Origin: a virus
IMG/VR virus record: IMGVR_UViG_3300032050_000011
DNA: 64,000 nt
Direction: 5' to 3' (one strand)
Part shown: positions 9,639 to 19,839 of the stretch, piece by piece
How positions within the stretch are numbered: the first letter of the stretch is position 1
How the letters are laid out: every line of letters begins with the position of its first letter
Notes under the pieces: generated by a model
What the model was told of the DNA's origin: nothing
Databases searched by the model: none
The model's input: the letters and a program-made list of their open reading frames with translations, nothing else
Translations under genes and position numbers: made by a program

Positions 9639-9797
9639 CGCTACTCCTTTTATGAGCTTTTCTATTTTTGCTTGTTTAGCGTAGAATAACTAGTGCATTA
9701 GATACGTGGGTGATAGTTAATTCTTGAATATGATAAGTTATTGAATTTATTATATCTATTTTTCATCTATTTCCCTTATCCGCATTGTGTTATGAAA

Positions 9798-9840
9798 ATT
9801 ATACCATGCACTAGCCATTAAACATCAACAGATTCGATTT
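9798..9840. promoter_or_regulatory. back-to-back promoters: class B GGTATAAT (- strand, 9798-9805, nrdBA) and class A AACAGATTCGATTT (+ strand, 9827-9840)
   Basis: Motifs read directly in a divergent intergenic region. Confidence 0.6.
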
Positions 9841-9860
9841 TTTTTTAACGGAGGATTTAC

Positions 9861-10178
9861 ATGAGTAAAATTATAGTTTGCACTTGTTGCCAATGTGAAT
9901 TTGAGCTAACACCTAAAAAACCTGGAAAAATAGGCGTATGCGAAGATTGCGCTAACGAAACTGTTACTAGGTATACTGGTAATATGATCTTTGATCACAA
10001 AACAGGAGCAGATATTCAGATCAACTCTGACCCTGAGCTTACTAAGTATATTATTGAATCAACTAAATTGCGCAGCAAGACTTCTAATCTAGGAAATAAT
10101 CTGAAGGCTAACTCCGGTAAGTCGCGCTCATCTGGGCTTGTTTACGCTGCAGGCGGTAGAAATCGTCGTCGTGAATAG
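9861..10178 (+). CDS. zinc-finger hypothetical protein
   Basis: CTCC...CEDC; GGAGG RBS. Confidence 0.7.
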   Translation: MSKIIVCTCCQCEFELTPKKPGKIGVCEDCANETVTRYTGNMIFDHKTGADIQINSDPELTKYIIESTKLRSKTSNLGNNLKANSGKSRSSGLVYAAGGRNRRRE

Positions 10179-10202
10179 TATAATTAAACAAAGGAGGTAA
10201 GC

Positions 10203-10373
10203 ATGGATTTAATAAGGACGATCGTGCTTCTGTGCAGTGTTACGTCTGGCAGAGATTCCGCTGACTATGTTGAAAAACTCCAGTTAAAATGCCAGCAGCA
10301 TTATGTTAAGTGTTTAGAGAATACAAGTACATACAGAGATCTTTCTAGATGTATAAAAGAAAGAAAATTATGA
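10203..10373 (+). CDS. small Cys-rich protein, 56 aa
   Basis: AGGAGG RBS; GTATAAT at 10178-10184; hydrophobic N-terminus, 4 Cys. Confidence 0.6.
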   Translation: MDLIRTIVLLCSVTSGRDSADYVEKLQLKCQQHYVKCLENTSTYRDLSRCIKERKL

Positions 10374-10380
10374 GGTTAAT

Positions 10381-10719
10381 ATGTCAAGCACTAAAGAACT
10401 AACGGATGTTGCAGTCGCAGAAAAAGAGAGTATACGAGAGCCGTCAAAGTATGACGTTATAGTTCACAATAACCAGCACACCTCATATGACGAGGTCATA
10501 ATCATACTATCTAATGCCTTTGAGATGAATTATCAGCAGGCACTAGATTTAGCAAATGTTGTTCACACAGAAGGCAAAGGCAGATGCGGAACTTATAGTA
10601 AAGAGGTCGCAGAAATGAAGCTAGTGCTTATAAACACTATAAAAGAATCACTGTCTCAAATAGTACCACAGAGAGCTAAAGAAATAAAGATGCTATTATT
10701 TACAATAGAGAAGAACTAG
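10381..10719 (+). CDS. clpS: ATP-dependent Clp protease adaptor ClpS-like
   Basis: YDVIVHN..T..EV, VHTEGKGRCG, EVAEMK; immediately upstream of clpA. Confidence 0.85.
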   Translation: MSSTKELTDVAVAEKESIREPSKYDVIVHNNQHTSYDEVIIILSNAFEMNYQQALDLANVVHTEGKGRCGTYSKEVAEMKLVLINTIKESLSQIVPQRAKEIKMLLFTIEKN

Positions 10720-10726
10720 GAGCAAT

Positions 10727-13027
10727 ATGACTAACAAGATTACAGAAGAAGTCATTAATGGTGTTATAGCTGAGTCTAATATAAACACAATATCTGTATG
10801 TAAGTTCTTTCGCTATTGTCTAAAAGAAGATTTTAAAGAAAATATATCTTTTTTAAAAGCAAAAGGCGCAGACATAGAGTTCTTAAAAGATTCTCTAGAC
10901 AATCATATAGAGGTAGAAGACGCACAACTTGAGATATTTAGTCAAGTTAAAACACTTATGAACAGATCATCTCAACTGGAACCAGCAATGACTCCAGAGT
11001 TGAGCAAAGTATTTGATCTTATGAAAAAAGCTGCAAGCAAAGATCAGCGACCAATGTATTTTGAAGATATGATAAATGCCATACATGTGCTAGGAAAGTC
11101 TGATCCTGACATGTACATAATCTACTTCTTAAAAAAATCTGGCTACAAGCATGATCCAGAATCTTCGCCTGGCGCACGCGGTAAATATAAGTTTATAGGA
11201 GAACTATGCGATGACTTAAATGCCAGAGCAAGCAAGAAACTCATAGATCCACTAATTGGTAGACGAAAAGAAGTAGAGCGGATGGTAGAAATTCTAGCTC
11301 ATTATAAGAAGAAAAACCCTATGCTTGTTGGTTTACCAGGTGTTGGTAAAACAGCAGTAGTCGAGGGTCTAGCCTCTATGATTGAGCAGAATTTAGTACC
11401 AGAGTCACTTAAAAAATCAAGAATATACTCATTGAATGTAGGCAACATATTGGCTGGTTCAAAGTTTCGTGGTGAATTTGAAGACAAGGTCAAGGGTGTA
11501 CTGCAAGATCTTAAGACTATGAAAGAAAAAGAAGGCATTAACGCCATACTATTCATAGACGAAGTGCATCAGGTGATGGGCGCAGGCGCAGGTGGAAGCA
11601 AGGAAGGTGTGGATCTAGCTAACATGATTAAGCCTGGTCTTGCCAATGGCGATCTTAGCTGTATCGGTGCAACAACAGATGATGAATACAACCAGAAGAT
11701 TCTTAAAGATAAAGCACTTATGCGCAGATTTCAGGTAGTAAAAATTGAAGAGCCTTCAGCAGAAGAGACTCTTCGCATACTAGAACAGGGAATAAAGCCC
11801 GTACTAGAGTCTTATCACGGAGTTAAATACTCTAGAGAAGTTCTAGAGCGAATAGTCGATCTATCAAAACAGTATGTAACCAGTCAGTTTTTTCCGGACA
11901 AGGCCATATCTATAGCCGACTCAGTCGGTGCTAGAATTAAAACTACACTTAAGGCGGAAAGAGTTGATGCTACAGTAGACGACGTAGAGGAGATAGTTTC
12001 TTCCATTACTGGAACGCCGGTGTCTGCTTTCAAAAAAACTCGTAGTAAAGAAACTTATGTCGATATAGCTAAAAATATAAAATCTACTATTTTTGGTCAG
12101 GATTCGGCGATTGATCGAGTAACTGAGCAGGTCGAATTAGCCAAAGCTGGATTGCGAGACGAGGGTCAGCCGATAGGTTCTTTTTTATTGCTAGGCCCAA
12201 CAGGAACAGGGAAGACCGAGTTGGCAAAGCAGATAGCTGCACAAACTGACTCGCATTTCTTTCAGCTCAATATGTCAGAATTCTCTGAAGAGCACGCCGT
12301 TGCAAAGTTGTTCGGAGCTCCTCCAGGCTATGAGGGACACGATCAAGGTGGTGTACTCACCAATGAGATAATGAAGTATCCGCACACTATCTTGCTTCTT
12401 GATGAGATTGAAAAGGCAAATAAGAAAGTCTATGACGCATTATTAGGCATCATTGACGGTGCGCAGATGACAGATGGCAGAGATAATAAGGTAGATTTTG
12501 GCAATGTGCTTATACTAATGACATCGAATGCTGGAGCTTCACAGGCCGCTAGAACTAAAAAACCGGTTGGAATAACTAGCGATGATGACGATGCAAAGAA
12601 TGCAAAAGCAAAGAGTATGGATGGCGTATTAAAGGATACATTTAGCCCGGAATTTAGAAACAAACTTACAGGCGTTGTATTGTTTGATTCATTGCAAAAA
12701 GATGTTATCATTAAAATAGTAGAAAAATTTATAAAAGTTGCACAAGTAAAGCTAATGGCAAAAGGCATAAAATTAACTGCAAGTAAAAAGGCAAAAGAAT
12801 TCATGGCAGACAAAGGCTATGATCCAGAGATGGGTGCTAGGCCTATTAAAAAGCTAATAGATGATCTTATAGTCAAACCTCTTGTTAAACCACTTCTTAA
12901 AAAAGAAGTTGAAGCTGGTGATACAGTAAAAGTTATATTAGTAGATAACGAGATTAAACTTGAATTCATAAAACCAAAGCAGCAAGAGGAGGTGGCGGAT
13001 GCAGTTGACCCTGGCACAGCAGGATAG
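10727..13027 (+). CDS. clpA: ClpA-type AAA+ unfoldase
   Basis: DPLIGR, GLPGVGKT, FIDEVH, FFPDKAI, GPTGTGKT, LLDEIEKA, GARP; no ClpB middle domain; VGI loop. Confidence 0.9.
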   Translation: MTNKITEEVINGVIAESNINTISVCKFFRYCLKEDFKENISFLKAKGADIEFLKDSLDNHIEVEDAQLEIFSQVKTLMNRSSQLEPAMTPELSKVFDLMKKAASKDQRPMYFEDMINAIHVLGKSDPDMYIIYFLKKSGYKHDPESSPGARGKYKFIGELCDDLNARASKKLIDPLIGRRKEVERMVEILAHYKKKNPMLVGLPGVGKTAVVEGLASMIEQNLVPESLKKSRIYSLNVGNILAGSKFRGEFEDKVKGVLQDLKTMKEKEGINAILFIDEVHQVMGAGAGGSKEGVDLANMIKPGLANGDLSCIGATTDDEYNQKILKDKALMRRFQVVKIEEPSAEETLRILEQGIKPVLESYHGVKYSREVLERIVDLSKQYVTSQFFPDKAISIADSVGARIKTTLKAERVDATVDDVEEIVSSITGTPVSAFKKTRSKETYVDIAKNIKSTIFGQDSAIDRVTEQVELAKAGLRDEGQPIGSFLLLGPTGTGKTELAKQIAAQTDSHFFQLNMSEFSEEHAVAKLFGAPPGYEGHDQGGVLTNEIMKYPHTILLLDEIEKANKKVYDALLGIIDGAQMTDGRDNKVDFGNVLILMTSNAGASQAARTKKPVGITSDDDDAKNAKAKSMDGVLKDTFSPEFRNKLTGVVLFDSLQKDVIIKIVEKFIKVAQVKLMAKGIKLTASKKAKEFMADKGYDPEMGARPIKKLIDDLIVKPLVKPLLKKEVEAGDTVKVILVDNEIKLEFIKPKQQEEVADAVDPGTAG

Positions 13028-13145
13028 CGTTCGCTACTATAGATTAGTAGCTTTTTTGGTAAAACTTGAATTAGAAATAGAGATGACTCCAGCGATGGAA
13101 TATGTACTCTACAATACTATTAACTGGAGCCTAGCGCCAGAGTAA
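12999..13145 (+). CDS. 48-aa microprotein
   Basis: GGAGG RBS; MQLTLAQQDSVRYYRLVAFLVKLELEIEM... Confidence 0.45.
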   Translation: MQLTLAQQDSVRYYRLVAFLVKLELEIEMTPAMEYVLYNTINWSLAPE

Positions 13146-13152
13146 GGAAAAG

Positions 13153-13398
13153 ATGCTTAATCTTTATAGTTTTGGAGAGACATCAAAAAAGATACTGGCT
13201 GCTTTTATGTACATAAGTTATTCATTAAATATGTTAGGCATTTTTATGTTTGGCTATAGTATAATTATTGCAATAGCGATTCAGTTTTTAGTAGATTTTA
13301 CGGTAGTCGCAGTTCTTTCCTATAGAGAAACTTTACAGGAAGTAGACTACCACATAAAGTTAAAAGCTACAAAAAGTGTATATAGATTATTAAAATAA
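13153..13398 (+). CDS. small membrane protein
   Basis: Hydrophobic segments. Confidence 0.55.
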   Translation: MLNLYSFGETSKKILAAFMYISYSLNMLGIFMFGYSIIIAIAIQFLVDFTVVAVLSYRETLQEVDYHIKLKATKSVYRLLK

Positions 13399-13408
13399 AT
13401 GAGGGTAC

Positions 13409-14113
13409 ATGCAAGTAAGGCTTGTAGCACATACAAAGATAGACGATTCATATATGAACCATCTACTTGAATCAGATGACGGTGCTGATGTCTTTATTAA
13501 TAATGTGCAGTCGCTAGAAGGTCTAGTCGCTTACATGGCTAGAGTAAGCTCTTCAGATCAGAAAAATCCTAGCTACGCAGGCCTCATCAGATACTGCATG
13601 AATCATGGTCACTGGTCAATATTAGAAACAGGTAACGCTACATTTGAGATAGAGACTTCCAGAGCTATCTCGGCTCAGATACTTAGGCATAGATCGTTCA
13701 GCTTCCAGGAGTTTAGTCAGCGCTATCAGTCGGTTGACGAAAGCGGTATAGAGTTGTTTGTAGCAAGAAGACAAGATGTAAAAAACAGACAGAACTCTAT
13801 AGACGATCTAGATGAAGCAGTAAAGCAAGAATGGGAAGATCGCCAACTAGAAAACTGGCGGTCAGCATTTGATCACTATAAGTGGGCTTTGGACAACGGT
13901 ATAGCTAAAGAAACTGCTCGCGCAGTGCTTCCGGTGCAAGCCAGAACTCGTATGTTCATGAACGGCACTCTAAGATCATGGGTGCACTATGTTAATTTAA
14001 GAACTGATCCGTCAACTCAGAAAGAGCACAGAGATATTGCTGAAGAAATAAAAAGTCAGCTAACACAGGCTTTTCCAGTTATAGCAGAGGCGGCAGGTTG
14101 GAAAACCAGATGA
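13409..14113 (+). CDS. thyX: flavin-dependent thymidylate synthase
   Basis: RHRSFSFQEFSQRY signature, GHWSILE, AKETARAVLP. Confidence 0.95.
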   Translation: MQVRLVAHTKIDDSYMNHLLESDDGADVFINNVQSLEGLVAYMARVSSSDQKNPSYAGLIRYCMNHGHWSILETGNATFEIETSRAISAQILRHRSFSFQEFSQRYQSVDESGIELFVARRQDVKNRQNSIDDLDEAVKQEWEDRQLENWRSAFDHYKWALDNGIAKETARAVLPVQARTRMFMNGTLRSWVHYVNLRTDPSTQKEHRDIAEEIKSQLTQAFPVIAEAAGWKTR

Positions 14114-14550
14114 AAAAAGAGCATATACTCATATTGCTTGAAAGAGTAGAAGAGATGCTTATTTCTAGTACGCCAGAAAATTGGCCAAATGGAATTAATT
14201 ACGAGGTTCGCTATGACGAACGCATAATAAATAAGATGCAGTTTACACTTAAGCGTTGTTTTATAACTTTATGGGAGAGTAGTAGCGGTAAGGGTATATC
14301 TTTGCAGTTTAGCGTTGGATCAAACTGCATAAATAGTTCCTATGAGGCACCTAACTTTTTCGTAAGATGGCTATGCCCCGTTTGGCGAACATGGAAAAGA
14401 ATTAAGTGGAGGCTTATGTACTTACATAAGCAGAATAAGAAAATTATAGCAAAAAAAGAATTAGACGAGCAAATAGCAGTATTTAATAATCTATATTACA
14501 CTCAGTTTCCTGACGATATAGACGACATTTTTTTAGACGATGAAGACTAG
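14110..14550 (+). CDS. hypothetical protein
   Basis: ATGA overlap with the thyX stop. Confidence 0.65.
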   Translation: MKKEHILILLERVEEMLISSTPENWPNGINYEVRYDERIINKMQFTLKRCFITLWESSSGKGISLQFSVGSNCINSSYEAPNFFVRWLCPVWRTWKRIKWRLMYLHKQNKKIIAKKELDEQIAVFNNLYYTQFPDDIDDIFLDDED

Positions 14551-14558
14551 GAGGTCTT

Positions 14559-14912
14559 ATGATGGATTTACTCAGATTCATGCTCTGCTCTCAGGTTGCA
14601 TTTGTAGAAAAGCGCATATATGAGCCAAATAACTCTAAAGCTTTTAAAGAGCAAGCACTGCAATTGATAGCACTAACTACGGAAAAGTCCAATAACTTAG
14701 ATACTTTTAAGCTAGGTGTTAATCTTGCAAAAATTAAGCTTGATGACAAAAAACCTAATTATATTGTGGCGTTGTTTTCAGATGACTATAAATACAAAAT
14801 GTTAGCTATAGAATTAGCAGAAGACATAGCAAGTAGTATAGATACAAGATTTGTGTCCGGAGGCTCAAAAGCCTATCTTGGTCTTTTGCCAGAGGTGAAA
14901 TTTATATGTTAA
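14559..14912 (+). CDS. hypothetical protein
   Basis: GGAGG RBS. Confidence 0.65.
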   Translation: MMDLLRFMLCSQVAFVEKRIYEPNNSKAFKEQALQLIALTTEKSNNLDTFKLGVNLAKIKLDDKKPNYIVALFSDDYKYKMLAIELAEDIASSIDTRFVSGGSKAYLGLLPEVKFIC

Positions 14913-15130
14913 AACATGATCGCTATATGGTCGATAATATGGTTAAAAACAGTATAAATGCCTATCCTCCACCCTATGAAGCAGTAGGATGGCCTCCTGG
15001 TATACAGGACTTTATAAGGCAAGTAGCTCATGCAGCAGCAATGGAGATTATAGAAAATATCTATACACAGCTAGAACTAGAAGATAAAGCAGAGAGAATT
15101 ATTCTTTCTGAGGATAACCATATCAAATAG
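14906..15130 (+). CDS. hypothetical protein
   Basis: GAGG RBS. Confidence 0.6.
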   Translation: MLKHDRYMVDNMVKNSINAYPPPYEAVGWPPGIQDFIRQVAHAAAMEIIENIYTQLELEDKAERIILSEDNHIK

Positions 15131-15160
15131 CAGATATTTGCTTTTGATAAAAAGGATTTT

Positions 15161-15832
15161 ATGTCTGACAATTCGATCGATGACATTGTGGTTAACGAAT
15201 TTACAGAACAGTCTGCGAGAAACTTTAGAAAGCATTTGATTTCTAGAGCGGTAAGTGATCCTGGAGTCCCCATCATAGTCTACATAGACTCATATGGTGG
15301 TTCACTTGATTCACTTAATTCTATGCTGGAAACCATAGAGCAGGTCGCCAGTCCTATAATCACCGTGTGTATGGGTAAAGCAATGAGCTGCGGTGCAGTC
15401 TTGCTTGCTGCAGGTGATCATCGTTTCTGCGGAAGATCATCGAGGGTGATGATACATCAGGCTACTGGTGGTGACTATGGTCCTATAGAGAGTCTACAGA
15501 AAAATGTAGATGAGTGCAAAAGAATGAACGAGTCTTTTATGGCTTTTCTCGCTAAACGCTGCGGAAAATCCTTAGATCAACTTAAAAAAATAATTAAAGA
15601 CAACGATTCTCGCGATCTATATCTTAGTGCAGAAGACTGCAGGAAGTTTGGTATAGTCGACTTCATAGGTATGCCTCACATAAAGCCTCTAACTATGTAT
15701 CAAATAGATATTGCACCAGAAAAAACATACGGAAAAGTTTTGAACTTGGAAAAGAAGAACTTAAACAGATTCGATAAAAAAACAAAAAAGAGGAGGACAA
15801 ATGCCAGATCAAACAGACGAAGTAAAAAATAA
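15161..15832 (+). CDS. clpP: ClpP-like serine protease (ClpP1)
   Basis: IDSYGG, AMSCG (Ser), VMIHQ (His), RDLYLSA (Asp), FGIVD. Confidence 0.9.
   Translation: MSDNSIDDIVVNEFTEQSARNFRKHLISRAVSDPGVPIIVYIDSYGGSLDSLNSMLETIEQVASPIITVCMGKAMSCGAVLLAAGDHRFCGRSSRVMIHQATGGDYGPIESLQKNVDECKRMNESFMAFLAKRCGKSLDQLKKIIKDNDSRDLYLSAEDCRKFGIVDFIGMPHIKPLTMYQIDIAPEKTYGKVLNLEKKNLNRFDKKTKKRRTNARSNRRSKK
15764..15777 (+). promoter_or_regulatory. class A promoter motif (AACAGATTCGATAA)
   Basis: Upstream of GGAGG-ATG 15801. Confidence 0.7.
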
Positions 15833-16133
15833 AGTAACGATTTCAAACGAAGATTGTGCAAATGTTATAAAGTATGCCACACACTTTAACGTGCCGTTAT
15901 CAGCTGAGTTGCAAGTTGCATTAGATAAATTTACAGCTGACAATTCGTTTGAAAATCAACTAGAGATTAAGCTTGAAATGTGCAAATGGATGCTGTCTAG
16001 CGCTCATGAGTCTTTTCAAGATAGTCTATGGGATGCACCAAAAAAAGCAGCAGAGTCCGTTGTCTTCAATCTTCAATTTGATAAAGATGTGAAAGACGTG
16101 CTTACTAAGGGCGACGATTCTGCCCAGGAATAG
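15801..16133 (+). CDS. hypothetical protein
   Basis: Strong RBS. Confidence 0.75.
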   Translation: MPDQTDEVKNKVTISNEDCANVIKYATHFNVPLSAELQVALDKFTADNSFENQLEIKLEMCKWMLSSAHESFQDSLWDAPKKAAESVVFNLQFDKDVKDVLTKGDDSAQE

Positions 16134-16584
16134 GTGGTGGTTGGTTATCGGATGGTAAAGATGGTGGCAGATCGTTGGCCTCTGGCATAGGCGGTGGCAG
16201 ATCGCCACTCTCTGGTAGAGCCGGAGGTGTTTCTTTTGCAGCAGATGCTTGCTTTTGTTTAGCGGCGCTAGCTCTTGAAGCCAACTCAACCGCTGGATCT
16301 ACGACTCCTTCCTTGCCGAAGGATCTGTTTCCAGTGCAATGATCTTGCATTATGCCATCAATTCTTGATCTGGCGTATGTTCTAAATCCGGATGCACCGT
16401 GTTTTTGACTATCAAAATCACGTATTGCAAGCATTAGTCCATGCAATCCAGCATCATAGAGATCATTTGGATGAGTAATTCTATCCGGATACTTTTTGGA
16501 TTTGCGCGATGCAAGCTCATGTATATCTGGTAGATATTCTTTAAATAGGTCTTCTATTAGTTTTTGATGATGCTCATTTTTCAT
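16105..16584 (-). CDS. truncated sigma70-family factor (region 2 only, FliA/WhiG-like) with Pro-rich tail
   Basis: LFKEYLP..., DLYDAGLHGLMLAIRDFD, FRTYARSRIDGIMQD; no region 4 HTH; leaderless after GGTATAAT. Confidence 0.75.
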   Translation of the reverse strand: MKNEHHQKLIEDLFKEYLPDIHELASRKSKKYPDRITHPNDLYDAGLHGLMLAIRDFDSQKHGASGFRTYARSRIDGIMQDHCTGNRSFGKEGVVDPAVELASRASAAKQKQASAAKETPPALPESGDLPPPMPEANDLPPSLPSDNQPPPIPGQNRRP

Positions 16585-16615
16585 GTCACTATTATACCAT
16601 TAGCAGGAGGTATAA

Positions 16616-16897
16616 ATGAATTATATGTTTTACGAGTCTACTAGAATAGTAGAGAAACAAGAAAAACACGAAAAATCAAGAGCTTACGATCTTATTGAAT
16701 CTTTAGAAAAAAGCGGATTAGACAATCATCATCTGTTTTGTGCGCTGGAGTTGATGAGCAAAAGAGCACAGTCTGAATTTGAGTCAGCCGTCATTTTAAA
16801 AGCCAAACAGATACTCATAGCTCACAAGGAGAAAAATGAAACAGATGACATTAGTATTATTAGTCGCTTTAGTAGCTGCGTGCGCTCCCAAAGCTAG
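16616..16897 (+). CDS. hypothetical protein
   Basis: GGAGG RBS. Confidence 0.55.
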   Translation: MNYMFYESTRIVEKQEKHEKSRAYDLIESLEKSGLDNHHLFCALELMSKRAQSEFESAVILKAKQILIAHKEKNETDDISIISRFSSCVRSQS

Positions 16898-17654
16898 CAA
16901 TGAAATTAGCCAAGCAAACAGCTATAGGGTTGTAAAGCCAACAAGCGGCAAGCATCACGCTATCTTCCAAATTAGAAGTCCAAATGGTGGTGGCTGTACT
17001 GCTTTTGTTATCTCTAATAGAAGAGCTATTACGGCTGGTCATTGTGTGGAAATTTCAAAGCAACTTTTAGAAAACAAAAAAGAAATTCAAACGACAACTG
17101 CTGGTTTTGTAAAAGCTATAGCTATAGAAATAGAGAGAACTGATTGTACAAATGTCCATCCCAAGTTTCTTTGTGAAAAGAGACTAAGAGAAATGAGAGC
17201 TATGCTTAAAAATTCTAACTCTCTTCTTACAAGGCTGATTAATAATCAACCAGATAAATTTAAAGTACTAGATTCTGAAGGCAAAGAGCTTAAAGTTGAG
17301 CCAATTGCACTAACTAGTGAATTTTCTTTTAGAGACTTTGCGGTTCTTCAGGGTGATTTTTCTGAGTTTGAGAAGCTTCCTTTAGCTGAAAGTGTTGATC
17401 TGTTGCCAGGTGAACTTCTGCGAACTTGCGGGTTTGCGAATCTTAAAATTCCTGCAGCCTGTACAAACTTTATTGCCTTAGGCAACGAAGGATTCGCTTA
17501 CAAGGGCAACGGTTACTTAGTAAAAGGCATGAGTGGTGGACCTGTTATCAATAGCAAAGGTGAAGTAGTAGGAATCAACGTCGCCGTAGGCGCAGACGCA
17601 GTATTTATGACTCCGGTAGTGGGAGTTCTAGATCGTTTTGCTAAGGAGGACTAG
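16836..17654 (+). CDS. trypsin-like (S1) serine protease, lipoprotein
   Basis: Lipobox LVAAC; TAGHC, DFAVL, GMSGGP. Confidence 0.85.
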   Translation: MKQMTLVLLVALVAACAPKASNEISQANSYRVVKPTSGKHHAIFQIRSPNGGGCTAFVISNRRAITAGHCVEISKQLLENKKEIQTTTAGFVKAIAIEIERTDCTNVHPKFLCEKRLREMRAMLKNSNSLLTRLINNQPDKFKVLDSEGKELKVEPIALTSEFSFRDFAVLQGDFSEFEKLPLAESVDLLPGELLRTCGFANLKIPAACTNFIALGNEGFAYKGNGYLVKGMSGGPVINSKGEVVGINVAVGADAVFMTPVVGVLDRFAKED

Positions 17655-18904
17655 TGAAAGAGCTCGATATTTTGCAGGCTATATCTGATGAGAGCAGTAA
17701 GAATGGTAAATTTGCTTTACTTAAAAAATATTCTAGCGATCAGCGTCTAGCTCAACTACTAGACGCTGCGCTTAACTACAAAAGAATCTTCTACATAAAT
17801 AAAATGGATCTAGGTCAGTCATTGATTAATGAAGGCGTAGCTTTCCCAGACCTACATGATGAATTCATGCAGTTACTTTCTAGACTAGAAAAGCGCGAAA
17901 TAACTGGCAATGAAGCTAGAATAGAGGTTGTATTCTTTCTAATCAAGTGCTCCAAGCAGCAGCAAGACTGGTATCTTAAAATTTTAAGAAAAGATCTTAA
18001 GGCGGGTTTCAGCGCTGAAACAGCAGCAGAAGCTGGGTTTGACATACCGCTATTTGACGTAATGTTGGCCAAAGACGGAAAATCTTGCAAGAACCTGAAA
18101 GATATAATTTCTAAAGGCGTCTATGCTAGTCCTAAGTTTGATGGCTACAGATGCCTAGCTGTAATAAATGAAGGCGAAGTAACTCTCTACTCTAGGGCTG
18201 GAACAGAGTTTCACAACTTTCCATCCATAGTAGAGTCATTAAAGCGCAGCTTTCCTAGTGGTCAACATGTGTTTGATGGTGAGATTATGTCTGATGACTT
18301 TCAGTCTATGCAGAAGTCAGCGTTTGCCAGCAAGCGAGGGACTGTGGTCGGTGACGTCAAGTACTATGTATTTGGATATGTTCCCTATCAAGAATGGGAC
18401 AGCAAGCAGTTCAAGCTAAAAACAAAAGAAAGGCTAGATATATTAGGTAATCTTCAAAAATCATTTGAGCCTAACGTTGTAATGGTGTCACAAAAATTCA
18501 TAAACTCACTAGACGAAGCTCTTAAATTTGAGCGAGACTGCTTGAGCTACGGCTATGAAGGCGCAATGCTACTGCCAGATATTCCATATTATCTTGGCAA
18601 AAAATCTAATAAACTACTTAAATTAAAGACTATGCAGTCACAGGATTGCACTGTTAGAGGTTTTTATGAAGGCGAAGCAGGCACTAGAAATCAAGGCACA
18701 CTTGGTGGTCTAGAATTAATCCAAGAGAATGGCATTGCCTGCAGATGCGGCACTGGCTTCTCTGACGAAGATAGACTATATATCTGGAGCAACGGTCAAG
18801 AATTTATAGGGCGAATAGCAGAGATAAAATACCAGGAGCTAACTGAGGACGGAGTCATGCGTTTTCCTGTTTTTATGAGATGGCGTGATGATAAGGCTAA
18901 GTAA
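17654..18904 (+). CDS. lig: ATP-dependent DNA ligase
   Basis: PKFDGYR, FDGE, GYEG, KLK, CGTGFSD, RFPVF. Confidence 0.95.
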   Translation: MKELDILQAISDESSKNGKFALLKKYSSDQRLAQLLDAALNYKRIFYINKMDLGQSLINEGVAFPDLHDEFMQLLSRLEKREITGNEARIEVVFFLIKCSKQQQDWYLKILRKDLKAGFSAETAAEAGFDIPLFDVMLAKDGKSCKNLKDIISKGVYASPKFDGYRCLAVINEGEVTLYSRAGTEFHNFPSIVESLKRSFPSGQHVFDGEIMSDDFQSMQKSAFASKRGTVVGDVKYYVFGYVPYQEWDSKQFKLKTKERLDILGNLQKSFEPNVVMVSQKFINSLDEALKFERDCLSYGYEGAMLLPDIPYYLGKKSNKLLKLKTMQSQDCTVRGFYEGEAGTRNQGTLGGLELIQENGIACRCGTGFSDEDRLYIWSNGQEFIGRIAEIKYQELTEDGVMRFPVFMRWRDDKAK

Positions 18905-18905
18905 T

Positions 18906-19097
18906 ATGAATCAAGAGGTAGACGCTGTAGATGTATGCCTGAACTTAATTTTGGTTCTTCAACGACTAAATCTAGGCGTACGTCACGTTAGAAGAACACC
19001 TATGGCATTTGAGTTAGCCATACTATTAGACGAAGGTAAAACAGCTCTAGACGCATACAGAAAAGAGCACAGCATAGGTTCAAGTTGGTGGGGATAA
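18906..19097 (+). CDS. hypothetical microprotein
   Basis: ORF 18885..19097, likely ATG 18906. Confidence 0.5.
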   Translation: MNQEVDAVDVCLNLILVLQRLNLGVRHVRRTPMAFELAILLDEGKTALDAYRKEHSIGSSWWG

Positions 19098-19256
19098 GCA
19101 CTTTTATTATGACGTTTAATTTAAAATCCGCTGACAGGATGCAGATGTATCTTGAAAGTGCCATAATAATGGATTATCTTGAGTTTTTAGCTAATATAAA
19201 CATCATATATATCGATCGTGCATTGCTAGAAGATATTGGAGAAGGGAGTCGATTGC

Positions 19257-19550
19257 ATGTCTACATTGAATAACAAGATAGAGTGCTTAAAAAGACTTAT
19301 AAAGCTAGATCATCATCATGAGCTTATGTACTGGATGGTTGAGTCTAGGCTAGCTGCTGCCGATATAATGAGCTCGAAGAACAAATCAGATCAGCATATA
19401 GCAGAAGTAATTTATCTAAACTTACAGCAAGCTAAAATCGATGAAAAGATAATTCTACTAGACTATGAATGGACCATACTGCCTAGAGAACATATCAAGA
19501 TAATGGTTGTCACCGAGAAAGAGTCACAGACATTCATTTACGAAGCTTAA
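19257..19550 (+). CDS. hypothetical protein
   Basis: ORF 19236..19550; GGGAG before ATG 19257. Confidence 0.55.
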   Translation: MSTLNNKIECLKRLIKLDHHHELMYWMVESRLAAADIMSSKNKSDQHIAEVIYLNLQQAKIDEKIILLDYEWTILPREHIKIMVVTEKESQTFIYEA

Positions 19551-19609
19551 AATAAAATTTGTATAATATCATTATTGCATGATGCAATAATAACGTTTTA
19601 GGAGGAAGC

Positions 19610-19804
19610 ATGGTTTCTGTTTCACGAAAAAAGAAAAAAGTACCAAAATCATTTGAGCAAGCAACTAGAATTCTGCTTGAATGGCAATTTGAACAAAATC
19701 TAAAAGAAAAAATAGATGGCTTTTATCAAAAAAAACTTAAAGAATTAGATCAAGAAATTGCTCAACTTGAAATTGAAAATAACAATAAAAACTTAAACAA
19801 ATAA
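19610..19804 (+). CDS. small basic coiled-coil protein
   Basis: AGGAGG RBS; GTATAAT at 19561. Confidence 0.65.
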   Translation: MVSVSRKKKKVPKSFEQATRILLEWQFEQNLKEKIDGFYQKKLKELDQEIAQLEIENNNKNLNK

Positions 19805-19811
19805 AAACAAT

Positions 19812-19825
19812 AACAAATTCGATAT
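19812..19825 (+). promoter_or_regulatory. class A promoter motif (AACAAATTCGATAT)
   Basis: Upstream of the thioredoxin gene. Confidence 0.6.
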
Positions 19826-19839
19826 AAAAAAGAGGTTTT

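Noticed and set aside
9640-9797. Long nrdB leader as riboswitch or att site
   Set aside because: AT-rich with no convincing stem or known consensus; only a possible 22-aa uORF
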